Source of the DNA: Candidatus Omnitrophota bacterium
Lineage (GTDB): Bacteria; Omnitrophota; Gorgyraeia; Zapsychrales; JAKLDJ01
Assembly: GCA_022703585.1 (NCBI GenBank)
Contig: JAKLDJ010000001.1
Coordinates: 118,891 to 182,890 of the forward strand
Length of the DNA: 64,000 nt
Reading direction: 5' to 3'
How positions within the stretch are numbered: position 1 is the stretch's first letter; each line of letters begins with the position of its first letter. A program made the translations under genes and the position numbers. Positions 62,101 through 64,000 of the stretch are shown one piece after another. The notes beneath the pieces are model-generated. The model did no database searches, was not told the DNA's origin, and was given only the letters and a program-made list of their open reading frames with translations.

Positions 62101-64000
62101 CGAGGGAACGTTCGGAGAGAAAAACGGTTTTATAGCAACGGCCATGCCAATAGGTCGGCGCGCCTCTGACAAAATTATTGCGCGCTGCCCAGTCACGGTA
62201 AACCTTATTAAATACCGCCTCATCATTGGCAAAACCTTTTACATTCCCCATATGCGCCTGGTGCGCAAGCCGTGTATAACCAACCATAAAACGGCTTACC
62301 TGCAATGAATCATTAATAATGGCGATGGCGATATCCAGGCTATCCAGGGCTTCCTGCCGTGCCTTCTCATCGCTTTTGGATAACGGGGCGATTCCTAATA
62401 ATAATCCTTTTTTAAGATGCCGGTCCACGATGCGCTGCACCATATCCTGGGCGTTTAAGATGCGGTTTCTGATGCCCATAAAATCCGGCTCGTTTAAAAA
62501 CGGCCAGGTAAATACATGGCGTAATCCCGCCCTGGCTTCGCCGGGACGAGGCTCGCCGTTTTCCCGGCGGCCCGCGCGATTTTCTGTGCCGATGGCCTCC
62601 GTGAACCGGTTCTCAGAAATATCCTTTCGAATCTTTGTCATTCTTGTCAACACCCTCCGGAACCGGGTCTGGGAAATTTCGCGCAGTTGAAAACGCAGAT
62701 GTTCCAAATAGGCAATCTCGCCGGCGATCTGTCCTAAGCGCACCTCGATTGACGGTATGCCCGCCGAGATACAGGCTAAGGCCGGCTTGGCTCTTTGCAC
62801 CCTAATAAAGTTGAGAGCCATTTCAAGTTCTCTGCGGCAATCCTGCTTTTCCTCCACGCGCACCCCTTCTAAGGAAATGAGCAGGGCTGCGATATCGCGC
62901 TCGATACTGCCGGTATCAAGCGGCGCGGCCGCAGCCGCCCGGGCGTGGAATCGTAAATGATTTTCAATATGCCGCAGCGTTACTAAGAATTCCTTCATCG
63001 CCTTGTGGTCGGCGGCCAGAGAGGCAAAAATCTTATCCAGAATTCTGAACCAGCGGTACAGCGTCTGGGTCTGGGGCCGCTGCTCGAGCACGGTTGCACC
63101 GGCCTTCCTGACGTAGCGGCCCATCAATACGGTGATTTTTCCGTCCGGCTCTTGGTTAATTTTTGTTTTTGATTTTCTGCGTTGTAAGCGTTCCTGCAGC
63201 GCTTGCTTTCGCTGGTGTGCCAGTTTTCGGGAAATGCCGTCTAAGATCCAGACCGCGGCCATTTCGTTGCCGGCATCAATAAAGGCAATAATCTCCTCTG
63301 CGCGGGCAATGGCGCTGCTACGAATATTTCTTTTAAGCGCGCCGATTTGCCGCCGGTCCGGCAATGCGCCGGTGTAGCGCTGGTAGGCCAAGCTCAAAAG
63401 GCGGCTGTGCATATCCCGTACCTTGGTGTGCTTTCGCTTAAGGATGGCCTCTTGCGGCAAAATCGTTTGCCGGTACGCCGAGCGGTCCGTGCGCCGCGGT
63501 TTCTTTCCGTCTTCGTCTAACGCTCCCAAAAGCGGCAGAAACATTAAAAACGGCCCGGTCCCGACGAGGCCTAAAAGATTAAAGAGGGCCGAGGCGGACA
63601 GGAACGCGAGCGGCGATAGGAACATAAGGGCCCGAAGCGTTTCAACTTCTTTCCAGTCATCGTCCTCCTTCGCCTCATCCCTCGCCTCATCCCAAGCCTC
63701 CTCCCGGCCCGGAAGAATGCTGCCTCTATAGTCAACATCTTTTTCCGTCGGAAAGATTTTTTCAGGTTGGACAGCGCCTGACCAGCAAGGATCAAAAGGG
63801 TTGGAAAGCGGCCACCATGCTATAGGTAGCTCTTGGCCTTTACTGAAACGCTTCCAGTCATCTGCCACAACAATAAAGATTAAAGGAGTTTTATCGGATT
63901 GCACTGAATCCGGTTGAAAGCCTATCCAGTCGCCTATCATCATGTCAAACCAAGGCTCCCACCAAAGGTGTTTGACGCTGTTTCGCCGCTTGAGAACCTC
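41147..64000 (-). CDS. giant multidomain membrane protein (at least 7,617 aa; N-terminus lies beyond the window)
   Basis: A single stop-free minus-strand frame from 64000 down to the TGA at 41147. The first ATG is at 63943, but the same frame stays open upstream to the window edge (…EVLKRRNSVKHLWWEPWFD MMIGD…). Several catalytic and signalling domains are recognisable and are listed as separate features. Confidence 0.85.
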   Translation of the reverse strand, partial: EVLKRRNSVKHLWWEPWFDMMIGDWIGFQPDSVQSDKTPLIFIVVADDWKRFSKGQELPIAWWPLSNPFDPCWSGAVQPEKIFPTEKDVDYRGSILPGREEAWDEARDEAKEDDDWKEVETLRALMFLSPLAFLSASALFNLLGLVGTGPFLMFLPLLGALDEDGKKPRRTDRSAYRQTILPQEAILKRKHTKVRDMHSRLLSLAYQRYTGALPDRRQIGALKRNIRSSAIARAEEIIAFIDAGNEMAAVWILDGISRKLAHQRKQALQERLQRRKSKTKINQEPDGKITVLMGRYVRKAGATVLEQRPQTQTLYRWFRILDKIFASLAADHKAMKEFLVTLRHIENHLRFHARAAAAAPLDTGSIERDIAALLISLEGVRVEEKQDCRRELEMALNFIRVQRAKPALACISAGIPSIEVRLGQIAGEIAYLEHLRFQLREISQTRFRRVLTRMTKIRKDISENRFTEAIGTENRAGRRENGEPRPGEARAGLRHVFTWPFLNEPDFMGIRNRILNAQDMVQRIVDRHLKKGLLLGIAPLSKSDEKARQEALDSLDIAIAIINDSLQVSRFMVGYTRLAHQAHMGNVKGFANDEAVFNKVYRDWAARNNFVRGAPTYWHGRCYKTVFLSERSLAFIACDTVLLMIKVKDLRTMIRTLTKHKRERMLAMIYALSNRDISRVTKIPKAERRQFLAELLAAARADYKLDTKVSDKEMEHYYRAFGCEPESLGCFLPGLIFLPLVGLPVVGMVRRSDEGSERRDLGKASRRLCRTGMTASFEDHLQILVVDDSEDVHRHLDRILTAQGYTVVHANGCQEAWQKIEKGIQRIGLVVLDFDMPDGCGVCLLQEMMKAKINIPVVFYTTHQEDVEYWVNDESVLGVTSDVKELQGLIAGLAERRRSQAIKESVDAEVSMQDTDERLFVRGETVALDTEVIDEERLSYAFHHASGFNLRDILRKEKRRYRIESFAGSGLGASVYRAVDLKTGTPVALRVYALSGLSGAIKEFLRNLSHAVAYQSRFPYRYIKEAVLLNMVVGDMLADVAEHEVGAPVVARSRAIFFSVSHRAYGEVVEWIDGGNGFSGQANRKMYEENLRRFRLLAEKAGFNEHLYQIDDRFDGPAQTYKNIMRRHSGEFVWVDRTPAIPIMVFFYPYHAAAILRAFRAGNYRVMFDRLDPAALSDYIGDHMRGEEAERMGARLAFYEELCGIYDASRLDFWGRITGRVSKNFYIKDTMIRYWLASEDISPATAQRLKRHTPLYVLLATLDGIPLVDKISRALIFNTQTWRHVGRLLWPLIKNSYRSRSWGDFKAGTILKINTWLLEDVEKMHDAGKMPRAEYERFHAATKTKEWLTYSLVFFWHTVFKFPGDVIAGALSAYATGDLYRMIFIEHSFHWSAPVRLAIFGCFIPGIFRFVVTLLSAARNRDVVFRWYWVVVSGLPIVGYAAMPLQAMSEMFSNGAALKLIMMKLRATIMGVLDVMPGYRQFDYYVLSRRHSGRKDDGDEVSTDHSVGCFILPGSLMFLFSVPFSLAGIKENDPVLAAMDQEASHRPEGWIYPSRSGEIISVENVPFRVSPEPLYISQQEAALLEHACQALREFFAACLDLVHDRTLLPVDSRWYRYIWSSECHVRLDHKGLLDDANRAGNIFIRPDLVMTENGMGMVELETSFYGLGLVYLLQKIYQESGFEVLGLTGEDFLKSFAQRVLSAGDSGSLQDKKIIFAANERTRKFLGQIQYFTQELQSVGINATAFLLDDTRAPPQTDDGFIRLLRQESGLTVYRCFYVKDRHSNSSVEEIIRLAKEGRITLVPGLSAFCEGKIPLALFHSPEYNPWFEQKLGREHYRILMGLIPKTWVVDNAYIPEELKELGVRQWEEIKNLKRRQRQFVLKPTNQSWGMNLWFLDGESHDKVGRLIRQALGDKETYVIQEALKPRKMPWTYYDAASCAYRTMEGPARLTPYYYLDNGGLFAVKATTRSGSRYIHAASDSISVPVAIMRRDSQSIVKDPGAERLGCFLPGLIFLPLSGMINTSGNRVLPISELVYERVYYAQDPKDIPAIAESVNALPREYGPYLYKVIICALNTLTPFDKDLGTLNVRFLVRELIRLRQQEPGFAQNLIGKLIDATPVNERYLLTSKLDRILEITKGDDFAAFRAGLMAMWRKFSRKPISVEVALRHMKNLSKRSRANRPLYVALTGKTATGKTHIAGLLEQQLDGVVVLHADSRSVTLEEPMLRITGQIEQLQRNSTVRMIVVEGWSALFLEEYTPLVFDVKVLVYADPKTRQENIRLDNPGVRITEVVDELSMPSIGSMLRDYPVFDMVIDNSHWQEQSRGVQPEPGRGAQPEQLELWALIPGLSVFILPVLFMLGRLSGDSRKDPASTKAKAEAGEPRPTRLGEALGRSQARSGEVITEDLSMGAVFDGDPDVQKILPMVWQEVLGKEAGEDFSFGIQQQLWELGFAGKTGNAHELSDFFWTIVNVAFSRSVFPEANYFAMSSSKRAMSASLENLQQHGGGRGALLVRRVKRFGDFGEKYAFQFLLFDAGTGFRDEYGNPIAIRQAVAGLHTNRVKGLNGAALGETYRESYRCVIAEFHRGPDGTTAGSYARKIDDIESEGSVAGEPVVEHGTVILIENILGSYRGKKMDWLPSPALLGYSKALCAILRPEGKIKRVFRLVKRVFRHSQDTNSSNPRPESNEPDGRLLSVAPAAWVWAILGAGALVYLFLCSRHKETLPSICKPSEMVRILLEIIVAAMILSVALAIIFRWNKKNGVNHGSSAVSQKDDEKSSSRFSFLRYRPISGRTLTSLLIAGILTFVGFVRHSSYGSLKCLFEDTALKCLLRQPLNHDNVQYFKILATPSVVSALYLFHMASRNVFNKMGGKKMNNLILELFQDRKRLVVFISSVWCLTEIKKYLSSVLRIETTIPLGPTESQAVNIIVLLASGIIAFWGMKYLSFKPLFNKRGKGTDPAVTPVCPPAVPRHVPLLSGTDQSVKGGHTQDGAGSVPNEISMDAARRYLAWLGQASKIDIRFPIQVLADTQVSEHMTPGEIMGILRERNMYCRSMDEEKLQGVVARIVYLQTHIAPLIVRYWQQRYPGENIVSVSVYGSWPYNDNPSDLDIDIIVEGDAYALRSIDREYLEKHFSSLDIPVKDISFVVFGLENIEQGKGQGTEIEGGRVHTNVLETTTALLYVRNIPAFGRDFIPLENYRQHLNAIAADFLKAALQRIKKIDLKNEESDGKRMRKVIARLHSASVLLEMVDGRARGYSRTLLNLRNTPEQEAISESQVTSLWLKMFALLRQRVSQQDMYSGGTNPANSYQENDQPGGGLLSVVPLVWALAILGAGASVYLFLSRRYKEILPLIYKHGEELHKNGFISDYYWKSRKAMKEEMRLLFIMAGIILGVFLTELPDAKSCISNPLVFMITISVAAPLSLTGLHFIGHIVPAIIFNGWNKLKKIKYATDIQRIIILLVPAFIHAMVAVPGWVIASKNRENDVVFTAGFAFFAFHFIALSYCLLRSDGPAIKTILDERKNKESRRSGKRYPCPKNDQPDGRLLSVVPLVWALAILGAGALAYLFLQRQHKKVLPPIRNFIVSRAPPLATFKLLRYRVQSRVPRISTGSVGRRFQDETFNLAVAGGKRFAPSDEISSRLRRDGLVVWIHAAAASVLNNSRKPGTVSTLLRRVIAGIFIVLMSSVISVVPAWSAPQETASQQTQRSIPTKQAAYAKIRELAQAFEYSPQIANELVALAPALDIPRLLETQDEMERLELLVAAIRNSFSPHEDSSLGWDLSEVLRLRKSNCLGYVQLFYIYGRAVGLHINPIYVFTSNEFNMEHAATMADIGLLSYIVDLSVTESAYISPGFNFHSVYRNPQGYLGSLEMLFPGGKDGGLIFKLQSDELPSFYTTIRQGNAESIVSWIYTNRGDTYFRNGDLEQALLTFTRALEINPYYEIAWSGLGIVYLRMGELEAAEECFRTALAKNPEYARPHYDLGLMLENAGDYEGACAHFLKVLELRPDDTAAMNWAGVCYLERGMYDEARPYLLNAIAIDPDPMYPYFHLGRISFAQDKPEEALAYFYLAQERDAGVIDELPLELQGPLSAAMDTTGVNTLQKQIESMAYGILGREYGFAKNDELALGYFAASIEVDPENAGAFFELGLFYLERGEYDRAIENYLEAIRLLPEPWEAYFDIGRAYFSQDKKEEAFVYFYIAYQKNNQVFDVLTPEFQGKIRALRDDPVAQAQLLERRAQLEEGLRAFALPGFFETALFLSSLLGLLLASVPMAGMVKEGDAIRPPGNRGVRMDLVLNRLLAGGWGLWGNMTQEDFQREVNEEFHSGYEPCPELQSIFGAPKKTRVQFYQRKESPTAGPLHFIWAGDDYSSVKIYLSSQELVDRLIKTFRNHAKEALELIVFHERKEKKLGSHMQAWVLTLKENLSMALALEELFDQIQSQDDFIDTRIELIPSRDERQQREALVEMIMSILSGYFKERAVVINHGSVGRETDMAGRFDIDMTVQFADDFDRDEENARLKIYLDTALARQGYFIDHVKGYLPAHGKQMFTFLLKDRQGIPVTRVEISMSESMKTYPEMFNAQIAQIRENFGEKGLQEVLSDILVMKYILQKIVNSYKKVHGGLRGIGAEQLIIQSGGFDESGWQVKTPGSLYKAMALIYFYGYNTTGRRIRPLSEVREKFKICDLEGSNCLDTLNEWSWRRLVHAAKIYVEGKRFNQSFAHPDELAYALKDAFDYNQKAVRVCELRGPRDIHQILAQGQGYDFERIGRDGYYVYFYTEESFSRFEQSGLLQFITAVLSDDDREKPVPLIESTSGYVMRDGIMDRRKIKEEALKRARKIKLNKKDDDHEVIKELGNIYVYVDERIFEFFKMKQSDIEYAIQGGSNDCLNIDHQGVFYRGLREREKKCGSIVIALADESGLFIMPGGSDGLVIVPPQIKEFDPKDALRLMSKLIANQLFDMAGRYYEEDGRTFELESVEDLIIPFHDSDSAGSILPKYFTLKRILGARHPITVKMDERINKGFYPGKDRTGSSRVKEEFPERVAKLRKAYVLASGTKSDIEQAYGILIEVLNEFIDARETWSRSLWLDYWSRPAMYVLFAYAKEFPERAVLNHFSRWLDWHHSCMYPEEKAGHLKKEWNYKLLQFSLKIGQSMTDEELLTVLEYMLDSNKFYHIEEAHFTLLDVLARQNRGQLIDILFSMLLSKQLTRNWINRGDSTKNIEAALGHLLTEDDFERLVELHENAEEILKQRRMAAKAEAKNKKSDPSKQKGEIGEENEGQDEDLDEKLDENRDEDLDEKPGEGEGVYGYKSGLRGIMVLIGGKKALAFLSQGLDNPITEYGVFRTEYEHDLEALLKREIMQGNLELIEFIRRRITTPLTAHIERLAAKKEAGDCKEGERPGRDDDLIKAAMAHMATYLWLTVDVDLYKKLSSLDEEGCLDNGHDKERFAGIQNKEVRRFYALRLAKMIEVATTDKALKNVLFAFCSLHGESPESDEQGLWFKTNDDWIDYESYGKTLRVLGDLMAELAEESRDRKEREELFVVALKMHSKALDNFYYRIPSQVSDAIKDLRQYRGFVIRKANQGDMRAIRVLLTDRSFMKELVGEGRLILNAEALARAFLDHHFNRILSSYSDMVKLFEKRVTGHRLVPLSEKLEGLHMEELTEPLLVGELKEYLEEFDLEISQEKLEAILDDMNLALHGEDEIIAPHLSILSNGFIVPRFSVLDTGYRGTRENDHSDARYTTRAVTTAIMHYGWRGGEAADRDRNGVNQVAQGRTVIQEIDYQLSPTATKKDIHVSLALAFEEPIPSYAYKRRVFLNTKTVTAIVKELMYVQRIEYEAKRAILAAADEIESLDSAGTPEMIRLILEIEVALQTLHYQTGAAGLLEGYYNYVYTPLIDFVNERNSLGLEEIKKRLRENRTLQILRNEYSYRFNFPCDRHARVMDCEASEVVNMLERRFREDEDYIEAMTYVHRLSTRTKARVARSDEFLKFFKRLVKGGTKKDSKIRLVEAVDILKGCGLLSFVIHELSPLHREESDSFFHRRVNVFSKLDLAMTTVFRFTEDIKHGRVKEEDGYLLFFASICSIIPSLSGQIRWRSGNKILPNMKFSEQETDMLKAIVLLTDEQHLRGDEDRDGFAEKVQEVRKEFRRLTRAQLQRAVTIAIPVIFKKMHARITRMSGFVGDPDFCIIADFESEDVIRWADEYDSRNVTLLKRLSDLYTALDKQYEKYRYNVPKGKEKEHEATAKRMETIRHRLRIASSPSFLRKQLKEYERKIAIKMQQIEEADEEFRRLRNGVNSNDPDDEERERRKEELGSTRERLREEVRALEFQKHAVEETERLVQIYSSERSGLKKRKSDAIRALRLADFLDFVVAFFGAVNQGGSKSVKKHKIEEKKGRYSRVNVVAPGAGYSIDDGWTSEWKGKTLYYVGSNILLRIGTSFRDNSIILSENLGSDIVVAVRGEWEEEDYAQDLVIQRIRAGQERQDFDGVVEKLKDFKIEKARIAVFVNKDQDNQDFISYVRALFPSAVIQEKGSDSAIAVSYQEARLINAQTFHNFKLRKGNMEQRIYWDDVKKHGEDVQEAEATDSEASSNDDDEDDLYGFLLPFALGPLMLLPVAGMMRGRGSFFEGDIFSYSPQQRGIAERKREVLAALKDLNGPFFATAKAIVDQLPIREGDMVMSIGSGDNLFVEIELASRGVRVIAFDPVFSPQALSYYCKEIMDAAFSTLEAKSPGNKDNLQLIPFGFEDSQIPENIVRGFIISMGYSVNFFSAIAPDCVFGKMANKIAQSFGKQGFLLGDEIDFPLNVLAMNGFELGEMKKAATWPGIFISREYSFMMVQRPKDQEAQLKDQNLGCFVPSALGPASAIFMAFVEAGPLMFLPIVMVGMVKGSPKDEAIARARRIMARPVKPGCYLSRSEERILIWAFQLGDNNLRGRICDYIVKNNIGFVGEMFNRHGSDLLRAGISRVEMKAIGRLALLGALGKFDLSFENGLLTYWEWWMKGEISQYRNKIHYNGKSKAEKETAVVSLDAKRGSNDDREEGECIPQRTFEDAEERLDREQEVNGKIKLARRHIASLEDPRRRLIVGLRHGIGTKDGQPWSQERVGNLWGISKQAISITEVAIKATLNGMDQAFGPETKLYADPFDDSDVALAEMVEENPKDELLRLQFSRRMAFFRIRDAGDIDEALDEGTALRAPIQKALARLDCRLRTKEWWNLPVGQKLCCLDEIVEYYKLGPLEWIILSKLLDGYGRLYNVRRDIERLSDFVVPGCRRRSLVRTKEELRQRLEKGLRNTNAAMKNEGSAGVNLAARIYTLGRQLRFTLLAGRLDLYPDRDSVIYQLAVRKEALGREANYPQGLQNGPFPDDALYKHAMDIERKEKIRLLPRQDESSDEDSIVERLKERLREGRSISRRSFGHHTDSQERITAIEQRTGKALLLDARSSSPATREYQILFAQYLWIYYSKGEPAHNKPRALKELVILISFMPIEKTLSIARVFLNHLLLGEAIDNFRDTDAGSQLLNQLIRQWNALPRHARAMLCGQGSRQEDALKVVLDCVLIVPDGARVVMDMIRGDQVLNARFEEVISTEKFKPLRRALVKAGVLFQEEGLPDKENPDSELSPQEAECG
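42650..42760 (-). other. sigma70-region-4/LuxR-like helix-turn-helix near the C-terminus of the giant protein
   Basis: PWSQERVGNLWGISKQAISITEVAIKATL resembles the r4 HTH (ER.V..L..G.S...I....I...RV.QI...AL). Confidence 0.3.
50200..50620 (-). other. minimal Pol-beta-superfamily nucleotidyltransferase module 2 in the giant protein
   Basis: VVINHGSVGRETDMAGRFDIDMTVQFADD. Confidence 0.5.
51400..52330 (-). other. tetratricopeptide (TPR) repeat array in the giant protein
   Basis: About 8 consecutive 34-aa repeats with the W-LG-Y…A…F…AL…P consensus (e.g. AWSGLGIVYLRMGELEAAEECFRTALAKNPEYA). Confidence 0.7.
52380..52800 (-). other. transglutaminase-like cysteine-protease core in the giant protein
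   Basis: KSNCLGYVQLFYIYGRAVGLHINPIYV … EHAATMA matches the C-x-G-[FY]-x-x-L-F-x-x-x-x-R-A-x-G-[IL] Cys block followed by the His block of transglutaminase-like peptidases. Confidence 0.5.
53301..53399 (-). repeat. intragenic ~100-bp repeat, copy 3
   Basis: Encodes NDQPDGRLLSVVPLVWALAILGAGALAYLFL. Confidence 0.7.
53981..54077 (-). repeat. intragenic ~100-bp repeat, copy 2
   Basis: About 90% identical to copy 3; encodes NDQPGGGLLSVVPLVWALAILGAGASVYLFL. Confidence 0.7.
54350..54800 (-). other. minimal Pol-beta-superfamily nucleotidyltransferase module 1 in the giant protein
   Basis: hG[GS]...D.D motif: VSVYGSWPYNDNPSDLDIDIIVEGD. Confidence 0.5.
55853..55950 (-). repeat. intragenic ~100-bp repeat, copy 1 (encodes PDGRLLSVAPAAWVWAILGAGALVYLFL TM module)
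   Basis: DNA-level similarity to copies at 53981-54077 and 53301-53399 (shared kaagaaaagatatrcaagcgcacccgcgccgagaat…ctcaaaagcctgcc). Each copy encodes the same hydrophobic module. Confidence 0.7.
57040..57520 (-). other. P-loop nucleoside/nucleotide-kinase-like module in the giant protein
   Basis: Walker A LYVALTGKTATGKTHIAGLL, followed by a Walker-B-like hhhhD (VVVLHAD) and a lid region. Confidence 0.5.
58000..59360 (-). other. circularly permuted ATP-grasp / glutathionylspermidine-synthase-like amidoligase module in the giant protein
   Basis: Blocks PLYISQQEAALLEHACQALREFF … RPDLVMTENGMGMVELETSFYGLGLVYLL … FVLKPTNQSWGMNLWFLDG … YVIQEAL follow the order of the CP-ATP-grasp family. Confidence 0.5.
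61290..61660 (-). other. CheY-like response-regulator receiver domain embedded in the giant protein
   Basis: LQILVVDDSEDVHRHLDRILTAQGYTVVHANGCQEAWQKI…GLVVLDFDMPDGCGVCLL…IPVVFYTTH carries the phospho-acceptor Asp in the conserved position. Confidence 0.7.

Noticed and set aside
41147-64000. Marked GC-content shift between the 5' third (about 53-64 kb) and the rest of the giant gene
   Set aside because: Eyeballed 60-nt samples range from 43% to 57% GC in both the giant gene and flanking genes. Without a proper sliding-window computation I cannot support a compositional-island claim

Overview
This 64-kb window is bacterial DNA at roughly 45-55% GC, and almost every gene is on the minus strand. 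The composition and gene content suggest an uncultivated lineage; giant ORFs like the one here are typical of candidate phyla such as Omnitrophota, but that is speculation. The window falls into three blocks.

Block 1 (1-23 kb) holds housekeeping genes: MscS, a fused ABC-2 exporter, DUF2062, birA, speH, thiM-thiE, cysK, mnmG and lacI. An uncharacterised RiPP-like peptide-modification cluster sits inside it at 5.1-12.5 kb. The cluster encodes an HprK-related kinase, a radical-SAM/SPASM enzyme, a glycosyltransferase fused to PqqD, a stand-alone PqqD, an S24/S26-peptidase fused to a nucleotidyltransferase, and an ABC exporter. Two unannotated small ORFs in the cluster are candidate precursor peptides.

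Block 2 (23-40 kb) is a carbohydrate-utilisation locus. It has a GH-A hydrolase carrying a novel domain that is also duplicated in the neighbouring gene, an MFS/GPH symporter, and a sugar ABC transporter. It also has a 1152-aa secreted protein with six CBM-like repeats and a C-terminal bacterial intein-like (Hint) domain, and a GH94 phosphorylase.

Block 3 (41-64 kb) is the most unusual. A single uninterrupted minus-strand reading frame of at least 7,617 codons runs off the window edge. It is a mosaic giant membrane protein. Enzymatic and signalling modules are strung together: a CheY-type receiver, a circularly permuted ATP-grasp, a P-loop kinase, two minimal nucleotidyltransferases, a transglutaminase-like protease, a TPR array and an HTH. 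They are separated by about eight recurring hydrophobic anchor motifs and by three intragenic ~100-bp DNA repeats. Two PilZ c-di-GMP receptor genes follow it in an apparent operon. Several perfect GC-rich palindromic hairpins at gene ends look like terminators, and several sigma70-like promoters are visible. No rRNA, tRNA, CRISPR array or obvious transposase was seen.
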